Positions 28,744-42,204 of a stretch of DNA of 64,000 nucleotides are shown here, one piece after another (position 1 is the stretch's first letter; every line of letters starts with the position of its first letter). The translations under genes and the position numbers were made by a program. The DNA lies in contig OX597822.1 in NCBI GenBank assembly GCA_951406725.2, forward strand, positions 19,716,001 to 19,780,000, written 5' to 3'. Below the pieces are notes generated by a model. That model ran no database searches, was not told the DNA's origin, and saw only the letters and a list, made by a program, of their open reading frames with translations. Source of the DNA: Octopus vulgaris. Taxonomy: Eukaryota.

Positions 28744-30849
28744 ATGGTCGGCGAACGAACAACCAAAAAAATAACAAACTCGGCATCTGAACAACTTTGG
28801 ACCCCCATAACAACTGAAGAGGTCACCCAGGCACTGCAAAGACTAAGCAACTGGAAGGCACCTGGGCATGACAAGATCCCCAACTTCTGGTTGAAATATC
28901 TAACAGGAATGCACAAAAAGCTGGCTGAAAACTTTAACAACATACTAGCAGAGCCAGAGACAATGCCTGAATGGCTCACAAAGGGGAAAACCATCTTAAT
29001 TCCCAAATCAAATGAAACAGAAAAACCAGAAAACTACAGACCAATAACCTGCCTCCCTACTATGTTCAAAGCATTTACTGCAGTGATATCGCAAAGGCTG
29101 AACAAGCACCTGGACGAAAACAAACTGTTCCCAGAAGAGCAGAAAGGCTGCCGCAAAGGCTCATATGGCTGTAAAGATCAACTAATGATTAATAAAGCCA
29201 TAACTGAAGACAGCCACAGAAAGAAGAAAGGCCTCAGTATGGCCTGGATTGACTACAAAAAGGCGTTTGATAGCATCCCCCACACATGGATCTTCGAAAC
29301 ACTAGCCATTAACAAAGTAGCACCAACAATCATAAAATTCATAGAGCACTCTATGAATAAATGGCAAACAGTCCTACACCTCCAAACAAAAGAGGGACTC
29401 ATGAAAACCAAAGACATCCCCATTAGAAGAGGAATATTCCAGGGAGACACGCTCTCTCCACTCCTTTTCTGCTTGGCACTGTCACCTCTATCTGATATAC
29501 TAAATAGACCTGGATGCGGATATAAATGTTACGGCAAAACGATCAGCCACCTTTTATATATGGATGACCTAAAACTATACGCTGCAAATGACAAACAGCT
29601 GGAAACACTATTAAAGACAGTTCATGGATTTACCAAAGAAATAGGTATGAAATTTGGATTAGAAAAATGCGCCAAAGTAACCATGAAAAGAGGAAAACTA
29701 GTTAAGAGTAACAACATCACACTAGATAAAACCAATGAAATAAAAGAATTAGACCAAAGCCAAACTTACAAATACTTAGGAATCCATGAACTAGATAAGA
29801 CACAACACACACAAATGAAAGAGAAAATAAAAAAAGAATATTATAGACGAGTTAGATCAATACTAAAAACAGAGCTCAATGCTAAAAACAAGATAATAGG
29901 TATCAACACTTTAGCTGTCCCAGTTATAAGTTACAGCTACAATATCCTTAACTGGACACGAAATGAACTGACCAAAATAGATAGGAAAACAAGAAAAATA
30001 ATGACAGGATCTAGGATGCATCACCCAAAATCTGACATAGAAAGACTATATATACAACGTATAGAAGGTGGTAGAGGCCTTATACAGCTGGAAAACTACT
30101 ATAAAATAACCACCATAGGACTGCAAAAATATCTACTTCAGAAGGAAGGAAAACTGATCCAGATAGCGGCAAAACACGAGCAAAACAAAAAACTGTTCTC
30201 AGTATTTAAGGAAGCTGACAAATATAAACAAGAAATCATACCACCTAATAAACATGAAGAAGAAGAAGAAGAAGATGAAGAAACAACAAAAGCTATAAAA
30301 CAAATGAAATCCAAACTAAAAATAGAACAGCAACGAACCATGATAAAACGATGGCAAGAAAAGCCCCTTCATGGTAAATACTGGACTAAACTAAACGCAA
30401 AAGAAATAGACAAAGAAAAATCCCAGCAATGGTTGAGAAGCTCAGGACTCAAAGCAGAGACAGAGGGATTTTTAATTGCAGCACAAGACCAAAGCCTCCC
30501 CACCAGAAATTACCAAAAACATGTAATGAAAAGAAATATTACAAGTAACTGCAGAATATGTGGAGATGGACAAGAAACAATAAATCATATTATCTCTAGC
30601 TGCCCAGTCCTGGCTAAGAAGGAATATATTCACAGACATGACAGAGTTGGAACCTACATACATTGGAAGCTATGCCAACATTATGGAATAACAACAGAAA
30701 AAAGATGGTATAGGCACACACCAGAAAAGGTCACAGAAAACGAGAAAGCAACCATACTCTGGGATATGCCGATACACACAGATAGAGAAATTAAGGCCAA
30801 CAGACCAGATATAGTTGTCAGAGATCATGAAGAAAAAAATGCTTTCTAA
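28744..30849 (+). CDS. Dong/R4 reverse transcriptase-zinc knuckle ORF (continues in another frame to 31118)
   Basis: 701-aa ORF with a complete set of non-LTR RT motifs. Confidence 0.9.
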   Translation: MVGERTTKKITNSASEQLWTPITTEEVTQALQRLSNWKAPGHDKIPNFWLKYLTGMHKKLAENFNNILAEPETMPEWLTKGKTILIPKSNETEKPENYRPITCLPTMFKAFTAVISQRLNKHLDENKLFPEEQKGCRKGSYGCKDQLMINKAITEDSHRKKKGLSMAWIDYKKAFDSIPHTWIFETLAINKVAPTIIKFIEHSMNKWQTVLHLQTKEGLMKTKDIPIRRGIFQGDTLSPLLFCLALSPLSDILNRPGCGYKCYGKTISHLLYMDDLKLYAANDKQLETLLKTVHGFTKEIGMKFGLEKCAKVTMKRGKLVKSNNITLDKTNEIKELDQSQTYKYLGIHELDKTQHTQMKEKIKKEYYRRVRSILKTELNAKNKIIGINTLAVPVISYSYNILNWTRNELTKIDRKTRKIMTGSRMHHPKSDIERLYIQRIEGGRGLIQLENYYKITTIGLQKYLLQKEGKLIQIAAKHEQNKKLFSVFKEADKYKQEIIPPNKHEEEEEEDEETTKAIKQMKSKLKIEQQRTMIKRWQEKPLHGKYWTKLNAKEIDKEKSQQWLRSSGLKAETEGFLIAAQDQSLPTRNYQKHVMKRNITSNCRICGDGQETINHIISSCPVLAKKEYIHRHDRVGTYIHWKLCQHYGITTEKRWYRHTPEKVTENEKATILWDMPIHTDREIKANRPDIVVRDHEEKNAF

Positions 30850-31215
30850 TTGATGTATCAATACCGGCAGATGACAACGTGTCTCTAAAAGAAATGGAGA
30901 AACTCTCAAAATACAAAGACCTGGAAATAGAGGTAACTAGAATGTGGAATCTGAAAACAGAAACAATTCCTATCATAGTAGGTGCATTAGGCATGATAAA
31001 AAAATATTCAGACAAATACATAACAAAAACACCAGGACTTACAAACACATATAACATACAGAAAATTGCACTACTAGGCACTGCACACATCCTACGCAGA
31101 ACACTTTCCATACAATAACCATCAGAGCATCACAACAAATCACAGCACCTACCCAAGGCACACAGAGCTGCGCTCGGTAGTGAAGTGAAAGCACGCTATA
31201 AAAATAAAACTACTG
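28744..31215 (+). mobile_element. R4/Dong-clade non-LTR retrotransposon (RT + CCHC + restriction-like endonuclease), 5'-truncated
   Basis: NYRPITCL, IDYKKAFDS, GIFQGDTLSPLLF, YMDD; CRICG..ETINHIISSC, RHD, PDIVV, LIDVSIP, K..KY. One frameshift in the A-run near 30835, stop at 31118, flanked by (TAA)n. Confidence 0.95.
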
Positions 31216-31249
31216 AATAATAATAATAATAACGATAATAATAATAATG

Positions 31250-31286
<37 letters not shown>

Positions 31287-31297
31287 CAATAATAACG

Positions 31298-31380
<83 letters not shown>

Positions 31381-31381
31381 G

Positions 31382-31428
<47 letters not shown>

Positions 31429-31468
31429 GATAATAATAATAATGATAATAATAATAATAATAATAACG

Positions 31469-31526
<58 letters not shown>

Positions 31527-31573
31527 TGATGATAATAATAATAATAATAATAATAATGATGATGATGATGATG

Positions 31574-31617
<44 letters not shown>

Positions 31618-31654
31618 TATAATAATAATAATGATAACGATAATAATAATAATG

Positions 31655-31737
<83 letters not shown>

Positions 31738-31786
31738 GATAATAATAACAATGATAATAATAATAATAATAATGATAATAATAACG

Positions 31787-31827
<41 letters not shown>

Positions 31828-31828
31828 G

Positions 31829-31890
<62 letters not shown>

Positions 31891-31921
31891 GATAATAATA
31901 ATAACGATAATAATAATAATG

Positions 31922-31983
<62 letters not shown>

Positions 31984-31984
<1 letters not shown>

Positions 31985-33300
31985 GGAAAATACGCAAGCT
32001 GCTGAGTTGTAATAGGATGCACCACCCAAAGGCAGACGTAGATCGCCTTTACCTTCCCAGAGCCCAAGGAGGTCGAGGCCTGATCCAATTTGAACTAGCT
32101 TACAAAACAACCACAATTGGACTGGCCAAATATCTCGAAATAACGAATGACTGGATGCTAAAGCTCCTGGAAAATCACGAGAGACGAAAGAAGCTTCATT
32201 CTATAATAAAGGAAAGCAAAAAATTTGCTATTGATCTCGTGCAGGATACCCAAACTGAACAACCCGAGGGAAGTACGGCAACTATTGTTGCAAAGAAGGT
32301 AAAAATAATGGCAACGAAAAAAGCGCACGAGCAATTGGCTGATAGGTGGGAGGAGAAACCTCTGCACAGCAAATATGTGGCCTGCAGCAAACAAGCTGAT
32401 GTTGACCAGAAGCAAACCCATCAGTGGCTACGGAGCTCAGGGCTAAAAGCAGAGAGCGAAGGTTTCATCCTGGCTGCTCAAGATCAAAGCCTATTAACCC
32501 GGAACTACCAGGCCAATGTCATGAAAAATGGAGCAGACCCAAAATGCCGATTCTGCAACGATATGATTGAAACAGTGGACCACCTAATCTCTGGATGTAA
32601 AGTCTTAGCACCAGTGGAGTATAAATTAAGACATGACAGAGTTGGCCAATATCTACACTGGCTAAGAAGTCGGCATTACAATATCAAAACTGCCGACAAG
32701 TTGTATAATCACCACCCTGAGGCTGTAACTGAAGGAGAAAATGTAACCATTCTGTGGGACTTTCCAGTACATACAGACCGAACCATCAAGGCCAATAAAC
32801 CAGATATTGTTGTGAAAGACCAAAACAATAAAGTTTGCTTATTGATCGACATGAGCATCCCCTGTGATCATAATATCTCAGCGAAAGAGTTTGACAAGCT
32901 CAGAAAATATAAAGACCTACTCATTGAAATTGAGAAAATGTGGCATCTCAAGGCGGTTACAATAGCAGTGATCGTAGGAGCACTAGGAATGATCAAGAAG
33001 GGAACCGAAAATTATATGAGAATGATCCCTGGCTTACCATCCCTGCAAGAAGTGCAAAAGATTGTCTTAACTGGTACATCACACGTATTGAGAAGAGCAT
33101 TGTCGATGTGAGAACCGTTGCTGCTCATGTATTTTAATTTAACTTAAAAAAAATTTTTTTTTAAATGAACGAACTATTGAGTTTGGTTTAATGGCCTACC
33201 AATGTTTGGTTTAATGGCCTACCATGAGTTTCTTTGCCCTAGGAGTCGGGAAGACACTCGGCAAGAAATGGAAGCAAACTTGAAAGAAGAAAAAAAAAAG
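31984..33300 (+). mobile_element. Second, divergent R4/Dong-clade element, 5'-truncated, in the same (TAA)n array
   Basis: Stop-free frame RKIRKLL..MHHPKADVDRLY..GGRGL, QWLRSSGLKAE, CRFC..ETVDHLISGC, RHD, PDIVV, LIDMSIP to the stop at 33111. Its 3' UTR is unrelated to that of the first element. Confidence 0.95.
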
Positions 33301-33353
33301 TAACAATAATAATAATGATAATAATAATAATAATAACGATAATAATAATAATG

Positions 33354-33394
<41 letters not shown>

Positions 33395-33725
33395 TTTCTT
33401 TATTAGTTATTAAGGGTTTACAAAGCGATCGAGGACGTTACAGGACAATACAGTGTGGGATTTTGTGAAAGAGCGCGTAAACAAAAAAAAACCAGTAAAA
33501 GTTTTAATATTGAATAATTCCCTAAAAGAGGGAAACTTCAGAGGGTGGAAATACCACAAAGCCATAGTTACTCTGACCATTAAAACAAGACCCTTTTCTC
33601 TGTTTTTCTTCTTCAATCTAAAGGTGTATGCGTAAAGTATGCCCATTCACTCGGACTATCTTCGGTACTCTTACCCACTTTCAACAAATTCACTAGGAAG
33701 CAGAACTTCTCTTCCCACCCTCAAG
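33395..33725 (-). mobile_element. Probable L1/Tx1-type LINE 3' end
   Basis: Minus-strand remnant LRVGREVLLPSEFVE followed by a UTR ending AATAAAGAAAA next to (TTA)n. Family assignment weak. Confidence 0.4.
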
Positions 33726-34074
33726 AATCACTGAGCACAAAAGAGACGACAGAGGACAACCTTGACGGACCGAGTGCATGGTGCTGAATGGTTCCGATGG
33801 GTAACATTCGGTAGTTCATAAAAGTTGGTTTTTCATCTTAAAATTAGGTAATCCAATTCTTTTCCCCTTAAATTGATATTGAATTTGTGCCTTAGTGTTC
33901 CAGTTTTGCTCATCGTTTGGTTATCTGCATTTTTTCTAGTTTTTCAATTAAAAGGGACAAGTTACGAAAGCTGCACCCACTTTTGCAACACTAGTAATGC
34001 GATCCAAAAAGAAAAAAATGTCCTATCCGGGTTTACTTTTGATCAGCACTTTTAATTGAATTAAAAAGAAAACT

Positions 34075-35060
34075 CAAAAAAGATTCCTGGATGGCCTTAC
34101 ACAACTTTACAAGATTCCTTAAAGTAGTCAATAGCATTCTTGAATCGATCCCATTCACAACGGAAATGAATGAAAAGAACTCCCATTTTTAGACATTTCG
34201 ACAATTAATGAAAAATAGTCTTATACAACCGATCTCTACTGCATGCACACGGATACACACTAGTACTTTATATCTTGTTGTATAGTGCATACTAATGAAA
34301 TATCCCATTTTATACGGCAAGAGTACATGTAAAATAGTTACAGACTCAAGTCAATGAGAAGGACGACTTAGAACTAAAAATACCCGGAAAACTTATTAAA
34401 TCATGCTATAGACAAAGCAAACAAACTCTAATCCCTTTGCGAGAAACTGTCACAATGAGGGGACAGACACCAAAATATCTCATTTGTAGTCATCTACAAT
34501 TCCAGAAAGTACAACGTTTTATACTTGGTTAAATGAATCGGTCATATTCTACTCTATTAATCAAATCTAGGAAATATTATTAAAGAGCCACAGATTATTA
34601 ACAGCTGAAGGCAACTATCCCACTAACAAATCTTATGAAAACTCTTGAGAAGGGCGAAATTCAAATCGGAAGAAACAATACAGGGGAAAAAATGTGACAG
34701 ACTTTGTTGTGGGATGTGTGTATTGTTTGAATCAAAATAGTCGAGGATGGAAACGAATTTAAGGTTAATACAAATATGAATAGAAAAACAAAATTTCCAG
34801 TTTACTGCATCATATGTTCATAATAAAATGCAAACTATATCAGCCAAAGAAGAATAAAATTAACGGCCTAATCAGGGTACATAAATAACAAATCAAAGAC
34901 CTACATGTTAGAAATGTTTCTTGTAGTGAACATCTCGACATTTTGCGAAGGGAAATTCAAAAATCTTTTCAGAATAAACGAAGAGAATGATCAGTAACGA
35001 AAGGCAAAAGAAGAATATTTTATACAGACTTTCAATCAAGAAATAAATCGGAAATAGTGA
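34075..35060 (+). pseudogene. Highly degraded Penelope-like RT + GIY-YIG relic
   Basis: RFLDG, VNSILESIPFTTE..LPFLDI, TDLYCMHTDTH*Y, VYCIICS..NYISQ, RVHK*QI..CSEHL with many stops and frameshifts. Confidence 0.7.
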
Positions 35061-35777
35061 AAACCGTTACTGAAAACGATTATTACTATGCGGATTACAA
35101 GATAATATGTGTGTTTGAAAAGCTGAAAATAGCGAAAAATATTTACACAAAATCTTCCTTCTGTCCGGTTTGTGTTAATATGCATTAAAATATGTTTTTA
35201 TATAGTTAAAAGGTATTAATTCAAGAAAATATGTTTTCAGTTACTGTCACTGAATCCAGAAATTTCCACGTATGTATCTTTGTGCCCCCCACCCGACCAC
35301 CGCTCTTCGTTTGTTTACATTCCTGTAAGTTAGCAGTTCGGTAAAAGAAATCGATAGAATAAGTATAAGAAACAAAAAGATATTGGAGTCTATTCTTTCG
35401 ACTAAACTCTTAAAATAAGTAAAAGATAATGTATGTATATAAGTGCAGGTGTACACTCACCTAGCTGGGGGTAGGGGTAAGGGCGGTCCACTCCAGGCGG
35501 CACTTTTAATGGCGCAGCACTTTTGGGTGTGCTGTAGGCAATATATGTTTTTTTGTGGGGTCCTGGGACAGCAAACGGAAGGGCCGCTTCAGGCGGCACA
35601 CACTATAGCTACGCTAGTGCAGGCGTGGCTGTGTGGTAAGAAGCTTGCTTCCCTACCACATGGTTTAGGTTCAGTCCCACTGCGTGGCGCCTTGGGCAAG
35701 TGTCTTCTCCTATAGCCACGGGCCGACCAAAGCCTTGTGAGTGGATTTGGTAGACAGAAACTGAAAGAGGCCTATCG

Positions 35778-35928
35778 TATTTGGACTTTCCTATCTCCTG
35801 TTTCCGAAGAAGAGCTATGATCGAAGCGTAAGACAACCACTCTTTCCTTCTCTGAGCGTCCTATTAATACTTTGCATGCGCTATGTCATCACGTTGTTGT
35901 TTTTTCTCCGTTTTCTTTTTAGAAAAGA

Positions 35929-36001
<73 letters not shown>

Positions 36002-36366
36002 TCAATATAGGGTGGCAAAAAATTTCGCAGAATTTTTTGCCACCAGCGGCCTAGTGGGAAAAAATTAAATAGTCATAGACCATTTATAAATTCAACAGCA
36101 AAATCAAGGAACGGCCATAATAGGCCATTCACTTACGCTTCGATCATAGCTCTTCTTCGGAAACAGGAGATAGGAAAGTCCAAATAGAAATAACAGCCAA
36201 GGCTTCAACCGCAAAACAACATTAATTCCGTAAACCAGGAGAAAATTAAAGGTAAATGTTTTTTTAATTTTCTCCTGGTTTACGGAATTAATGTTGTTTT
36301 GCGGTTGAAGCCTTGGCTGTTATTTCTAGTGGGTGAATGGCCTATTATGGCCGTTCCTTGATTTTG

Positions 36367-36367
<1 letters not shown>
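35778..36367. repeat. Nested inverted repeats of a pLTR-like sequence with a degenerate hammerhead
   Basis: 35778-35832 pairs with 36132-36186, 36098-36132 with 36333-36367, and 36185-36250 with 36263-36328. Motif UGUUU CCGAAGA A GAGC uau GAUC GAAG CG UA AGACA at 35799-35835. Confidence 0.8.
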
Positions 36368-36420
<53 letters not shown>

Positions 36421-36445
36421 ATCCATACATACATACATACATAAA

Positions 36446-36478
<33 letters not shown>

Positions 36479-36914
36479 TTATGGCTGTGTGTCTTTGTGT
36501 GCCTTTGTTCCTCCCCTCCCAAAATCGCTTGAAAACTGATAGTGGTGTGTTTATGTCCCGGTAATCTAGCGGTTCGACAAAGGAAGCCAATAGAATAACT
36601 ACTAGGTTAACAAAAAGTAAGTCCAAGAGTCGATTTCTTCGATTAAGAAGACCCTTTAAGGCAGTACTTCAACATGGCCGCAGTCAAATGACTGAAACGT
36701 GTAAAAGAATATAGATATGTACTCGTAGTGTTTATTGTCTTCTTACAATAATATAGTCAGGTAATACGAAACTCGTTACTTTAGAATCTTTTACGAGGAG
36801 ACGAGAGTTGTAACATCTGGCCATATTGTAAACAAGACAATAAACACTATTTATCCTTAAGTCTGTTACCTTGAATTATTTCATATTGTGGATTTGCACG
36901 ACCACCTGATTAGA

Positions 36915-36995
36915 ATCACTCACTCATTCACTCACTCACTCACTCACTCACTCACTCACTCACTCACTCAATCAACCAATCAATCAACCAGTCTG

Positions 36996-37067
<72 letters not shown>

Positions 37068-37068
37068 C

Positions 37069-37138
<70 letters not shown>

Positions 37139-37256
37139 GTCTGTCTATCTATCTGTCTGTATGTCTGTCTGCCTGCCTGCTTGCCTGTCTGTCTGCCTGT
37201 TTGTCTTCTGTCTGTCAGTCTGTCTGCCTATCTATCTATCTATCTACCTACCTACC

Positions 37257-37337
<81 letters not shown>

Positions 37338-38005
37338 GTCTGTCTGTCTGTCTATCTGTCTGTTTGCCTACCTGCCTACCTGCCTAACTGCCTACCTGCC
37401 TACCTGCCCGCCTGTTTGCCTGCCTGCTTGACTTTCTGTTTGTTTCTCTCTCTTTCTCTATCTTTCTCTTTCTTTCTTTTTTTCTTTCTTTCTTTCTTTC
37501 TTTCTCTCTTTCTATCTCTCTCTGTGTATGTGCATGTATGTGTGAATCTGTATGTATGTGTTTGTATGTGTATATGCTTGTGTGCAAGTGTGAGTGTATG
37601 TGTTTGTATATATGTGTGTGTTTGTGTGTGTAACAGCAGCAGCAGCTGTAGGAGCCGTAACAGATCATCGTCAACATCACCACCACCACCACCACCACCA
37701 CCATCATTGTCATCGTCAATATCATCATCATCATTTCCATCATCATTATCATCATCATCATCATCATCATCATAACATCATCATCATCGTCATCATCATC
37801 ATCGTCGTCGTCGTCATCATCATCGTCATAAGCGTTGTCGTCGTCGTCGTCATCATCATTGTCATCATCATCATCATCATGAGCGTTGTCGTCGTCGTCA
37901 TCATCACCATGAGCGTTGTCGTCCTCGTCGACGTCGTCATCATCATCATCATCATCATCACCGTCAGCAGCAGCAGCAGCAGCAACAGCAGCAACAACAA
38001 CAGCA
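36915..38005. repeat. Compound microsatellite field (CACT, CAAT, CTAT, CTGT, CCTG, CTTT, TG, CAC, CAT, CGT, CAG)
   Basis: Direct reading. Confidence 0.95.
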
Positions 38006-40269
38006 GAGAGCAATAGTCTGGTAATATACCTGCCATCAGCTAACATAAAACCGAAAAGACTCTTACTCTGACGTAAGGAACAAAACAAACAGTTAATATT
38101 AACGATCAGTTGGATGGATCGATGGATCAACGCATTAAATATTGTGCAGTATATAGTTGCGGCTCTTTACATTCTGAGATCAAATCTTGTCGAGGTCAAC
38201 CTGGCCTTTCATTCTTCCCGATTCTATAAAATAAAGTACCAGTCAAGCACTGAAGTCGATTTAATCGATTTTACCCTCTACCCTTAAATTTGTGTCTTTC
38301 TACTTAAGATAGAAATCGATATTGGAATAATGGAAATGCTATAGCTTGGAATTGACATCTACATGAAGAATACAGATATTGGAGCGGCTCAATGTACTCC
38401 ATGACATCATAAAATACTTGACTACACCTCACTACAACAAAGTTTGAAATTACTCTACCACACACAAGCAAACATGAAAGTCTCTATATAACTACTCATC
38501 CTGTTAGAAATAGCAGCTAAATCGTCCTCAAATCAAGTTTCACAGAACACGTTGACTTATGTAGTCCGGGGTACACTATACCTGAAAAAATGTTTGGATG
38601 TGTATGGCTCATGGCGGTGCAGTGCCTGGGCTCCTTGTAGCCTTGCCCAGGATAGTAAAATTGAATTTCACTGTAATATCATACATACGCTGAAGTTTTT
38701 GTATGAAGATAAAGAAGAAAGCATGTTTCAATGACGTATATGTTAATTTTTAATAGGTTTCGAGTTAGATTTGAACGCGAAGATATTAATCGCTGATGTA
38801 TTTTGTCTTCGGAGAACATCCAAGAATACATATTCATTTAAAATCTGCCTCGGGGCAGATTTTGGATGTGAATATGTTAGTTGCTATTGTATTTTATTTT
38901 GGAACACCTTTTCTTTTCAGAAATACGTGTTCGCTCGGATGTACACATTCACTCTAAATAGTTCCTGCCGGAAAGTAGTTAGGGGTGGGGGTAGTAGGGG
39001 CGGCACATTTAAAGGGGCAGCACTTCTGGGTCTGCTGTAGGCAATATGTGTTTTTCGTAGGGTCCGGGGGCGGCAAATGGAAGGGCGGCAGACACTCTAG
39101 CTATGCTATGTTAACAGTGAATATATACATCATGGTTTTGATTGTCGCTGTTCACCGCGCAATATCATATTTGTTTTACATTGACCTTGTAGCGAGACCC
39201 CAGCTGAGATTTGAACTATAGCTCTCAGGTTTTTCCAGTCTAGAACCATAGTATATTTCCATACAAGTAAAAGTGTCTCATAAAAAGTATTAACATTTAC
39301 ACAAATATCATGGCTAAGGTGGCAATCTTCAAAGGAAGTGTACGAGTTTCCCCACCAAACAGTCTGGCCAAAGATTCTAGAACTTTCGAATCAATAGTGT
39401 TAAATGGGCGAGTGAATTCAACATTAGGCAGAACTATCCAGGTTTATATGAGTCGTATTACTTTCCCTCTGTATGATAATCTCTCACCCCTCACCTTGCT
39501 TAATGGATCAGAGAGCCACTAAGCCGTCTATGCTCTCTCTCACTCCCTTTCACTTTTGAGTGTCATCCTTATGTCGTATTTAAACAAAAGGCACTAACCT
39601 TTTACTTGTAATGTGTCCAGTTACACATTAATTATATTCAGTAGTTAATTTCATTACTACCTTCATTATATTATCCAGCACGTTATATACAGAGATTCCT
39701 AATCGTTATGTTCATTGAACATTGATCCAATAATTTATTGGATGTACATTTGTAAACATAATGCAGGTTAATTAAATATTTGGAAACCCAAACTTTAGTG
39801 TGGTCATTGTCTACACACGCAGTTCTAACTTGGGAATCTTCCTAACTTGTGAATATAAGACTAACCACTACACTAAATGTGATCTGAATATTGTTACAAA
39901 TTTAGACATCCACACAGACTCAACTGTACAACCATTCTTTAAACAAAAAAGATAATTAACAATGTTATTGTTTTGAAAACCCATTGAATAATTTTCATTG
40001 AACTACGTTGATCAATGATGAAATAGCTCATTTAATAAAGAAAATCAGTTTTGTTGCATGTACGCATACACGCATGCAAGCCTGTCTATCTGTCTGTCTG
40101 AATGTATTTATGCATGCTTGTATAGCCACAAGTCAACACACTCGCACTCATACGAACGCATATATGTGTGTGTGTGTGTGCTAAAATGTACACATACGTT
40201 GAAAGATTATAAAGTCAGTGTTTATCAAAAAGCATTTCATTTTTCAAGTTTTGATACAGTTAGAATTTA

Positions 40270-41060
40270 TTATTTTTTTTATGAATGCCTGTTTTCAAAC
40301 TGATGATCTTTATCGTCCATGCACTGCTTATAAAGCAGAGTAATGAAATCGAAAACATCAAGAAAATGGGACCAATCCCAGTACTGTAAAAAAGAATGGT
40401 TCAATTAAAGCTTTTGATGATAAACTGTATCACAATGCAACTCCTGATAAATTAATATGATGTTCCTCCGTAATATGCGGTTTCTTAGGTTCATAGGTGG
40501 TAAATCGAGCCATTTAGTTTAAATGTAGCCGTATTATTCCAAACACTTTTTGTTGGAGAGTGGGCATCTACACATCTTGCCTAGTGCCATTCACGAAACC
40601 AGATCTACGATCCGGATCATCTTTATTTAGCGAATTGACGATTCTTAGAATGTAACATTTCCAATGACAGCTCTTCAAAAATGCGATGGACGCTTGATTT
40701 TGAAATTCCTGTCTCAGGGATGACTTAAAGCTCAGATTTTCTTGAACACGTTTCTAGTAATCTTTCTTACTTTGTAGGGCTCGTTGAAATTTGCAGACTT
40801 CCAGAACGCTTCTTGTGGACATCTGCTCCAAACTTATCTGTAATTCGAGTGGTGCCATGTCAAGTAAGTAGATCTATTTGAAACTACTTCTTTAACTGTC
40901 TTAGTACTTTGACTTCGCTTTTTGAAATTTCTACTAGCACTTTAGGACAAATTTCCTTTATCCAAAGTAGTGTTCAATAATTCTAGTGGGTTAAATCTAA
41001 AAGGAAATGAAAATTGAATACCAGCTGTTAAAGTATATATACATCTTTTACGACATGCTG

Positions 41061-41062
<2 letters not shown>
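40270..41062 (-). pseudogene. Tc1/mariner-superfamily transposase relic
   Basis: Starts TA-CAGCATGTCGTAAAAG on the minus strand. Remnants TRITDKFGADVHKKRSG, WNNTATFKLNGSI, PHITEEHHINLSGVAL and LIEPFFF. Confidence 0.6.
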
Positions 41063-41092
<30 letters not shown>

Positions 41093-41093
41093 C

Positions 41094-41135
41094 TAGCAGA
41101 GATACCCGGCGTTGCCCGGTTACATTCATTTGAAG
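41094..41135 (-). mobile_element. Helitron 3' terminus (hairpin + CTAG|T)
   Basis: Minus strand CCGGGCAACGCCGGG-TATCTCTG-CTAG|T in (TA)n. The full extent was not determined. Confidence 0.6.
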
Positions 41136-42132
41136 AATTAGACTTTTCTGTTATATTTTCTGAATGAACTGGAATATCTATGTTTCGAATTTCATCAAAA
41201 TTGCAGATGAGGGTTATTTCCCTCTTTACACACCCTAAAAAAATTGTAATCGTGCCACATGGAAACCAAAAGACGAATGATCACAATAAGCAGTCAGTTA
41301 CCCTACCCTAGTCGTTACCACTCCCCATGTAGGATTCCTCACCATCTAGGTGACAGACACAGCCGTAAGATGCATTACGAATCTATAGCAATTGGAAGAG
41401 CGTGACCCAACTGAAATAAACATTAACAACTGTGTGACGTGAGGGCTTAGGAGAAATTAAAGTGTCGCCTCTGGAGTTTGCAAATGACCACTATACTGAT
41501 ACGTAACTGGACAGAATGAATTTAAAATCTATAAATGTCTTTGAATAACTAGTCACTCATCTGGGAAGGCCTTGTAATCAATGTTACCATCTGAGGACTA
41601 TGTGTGACCGAGTGATAATAAAAAGACTGAAAGGAGGTCTGCAATCAAATAACTTTACTCAACACTTTGCAACTGAATCAGTGGAGACAAAGATGTCTCT
41701 CATTTACTTAACAATTTATGCACCACATTGCAGAAATCACAATGTATGTAAAAGCAAACTGTTACACTGTTGTACCATTGAATTAGAAATAATGCCCAAC
41801 TTTTATGCTCGGGCAACCCTACAGCTTCCAAGAACACAACTGTATTCGTTTTTGCTTAGATAAAATGACAAAATTGTGGGTGTTAAGTCCCCATGGCGGG
41901 GTCTTTCTAACTTTGTAAGAAGATGAAATTTTATAAATATTACTTCATTTGTGTCTAATATCTATGGTTAAAATTTCATCAACAGCAAAAATATATGAAT
42001 TGTCATGGGGGTTATGGCCCTTATGCTTAGAATATAATTTCCAAATTTCATAAAGATCCATTCAGTACTTTTGACCTAGTTTTGGATCATAAAAGAAATG
42101 ACTAAAATTTGGGAGTTAAGGCTCCCATTAGG

Positions 42133-42204
<72 letters not shown>

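Noticed and set aside
28181-32116. Poly-I, poly-L and poly-Y ORFs at the TAA arrays
   Set aside because: Translations of (TAA)n.
37384-38130. Poly-A/poly-D/poly-H ORFs resembling low-complexity transcription factor exons
   Set aside because: Trinucleotide repeats continuous with other microsatellites, with no flanking domain or convincing splice context.
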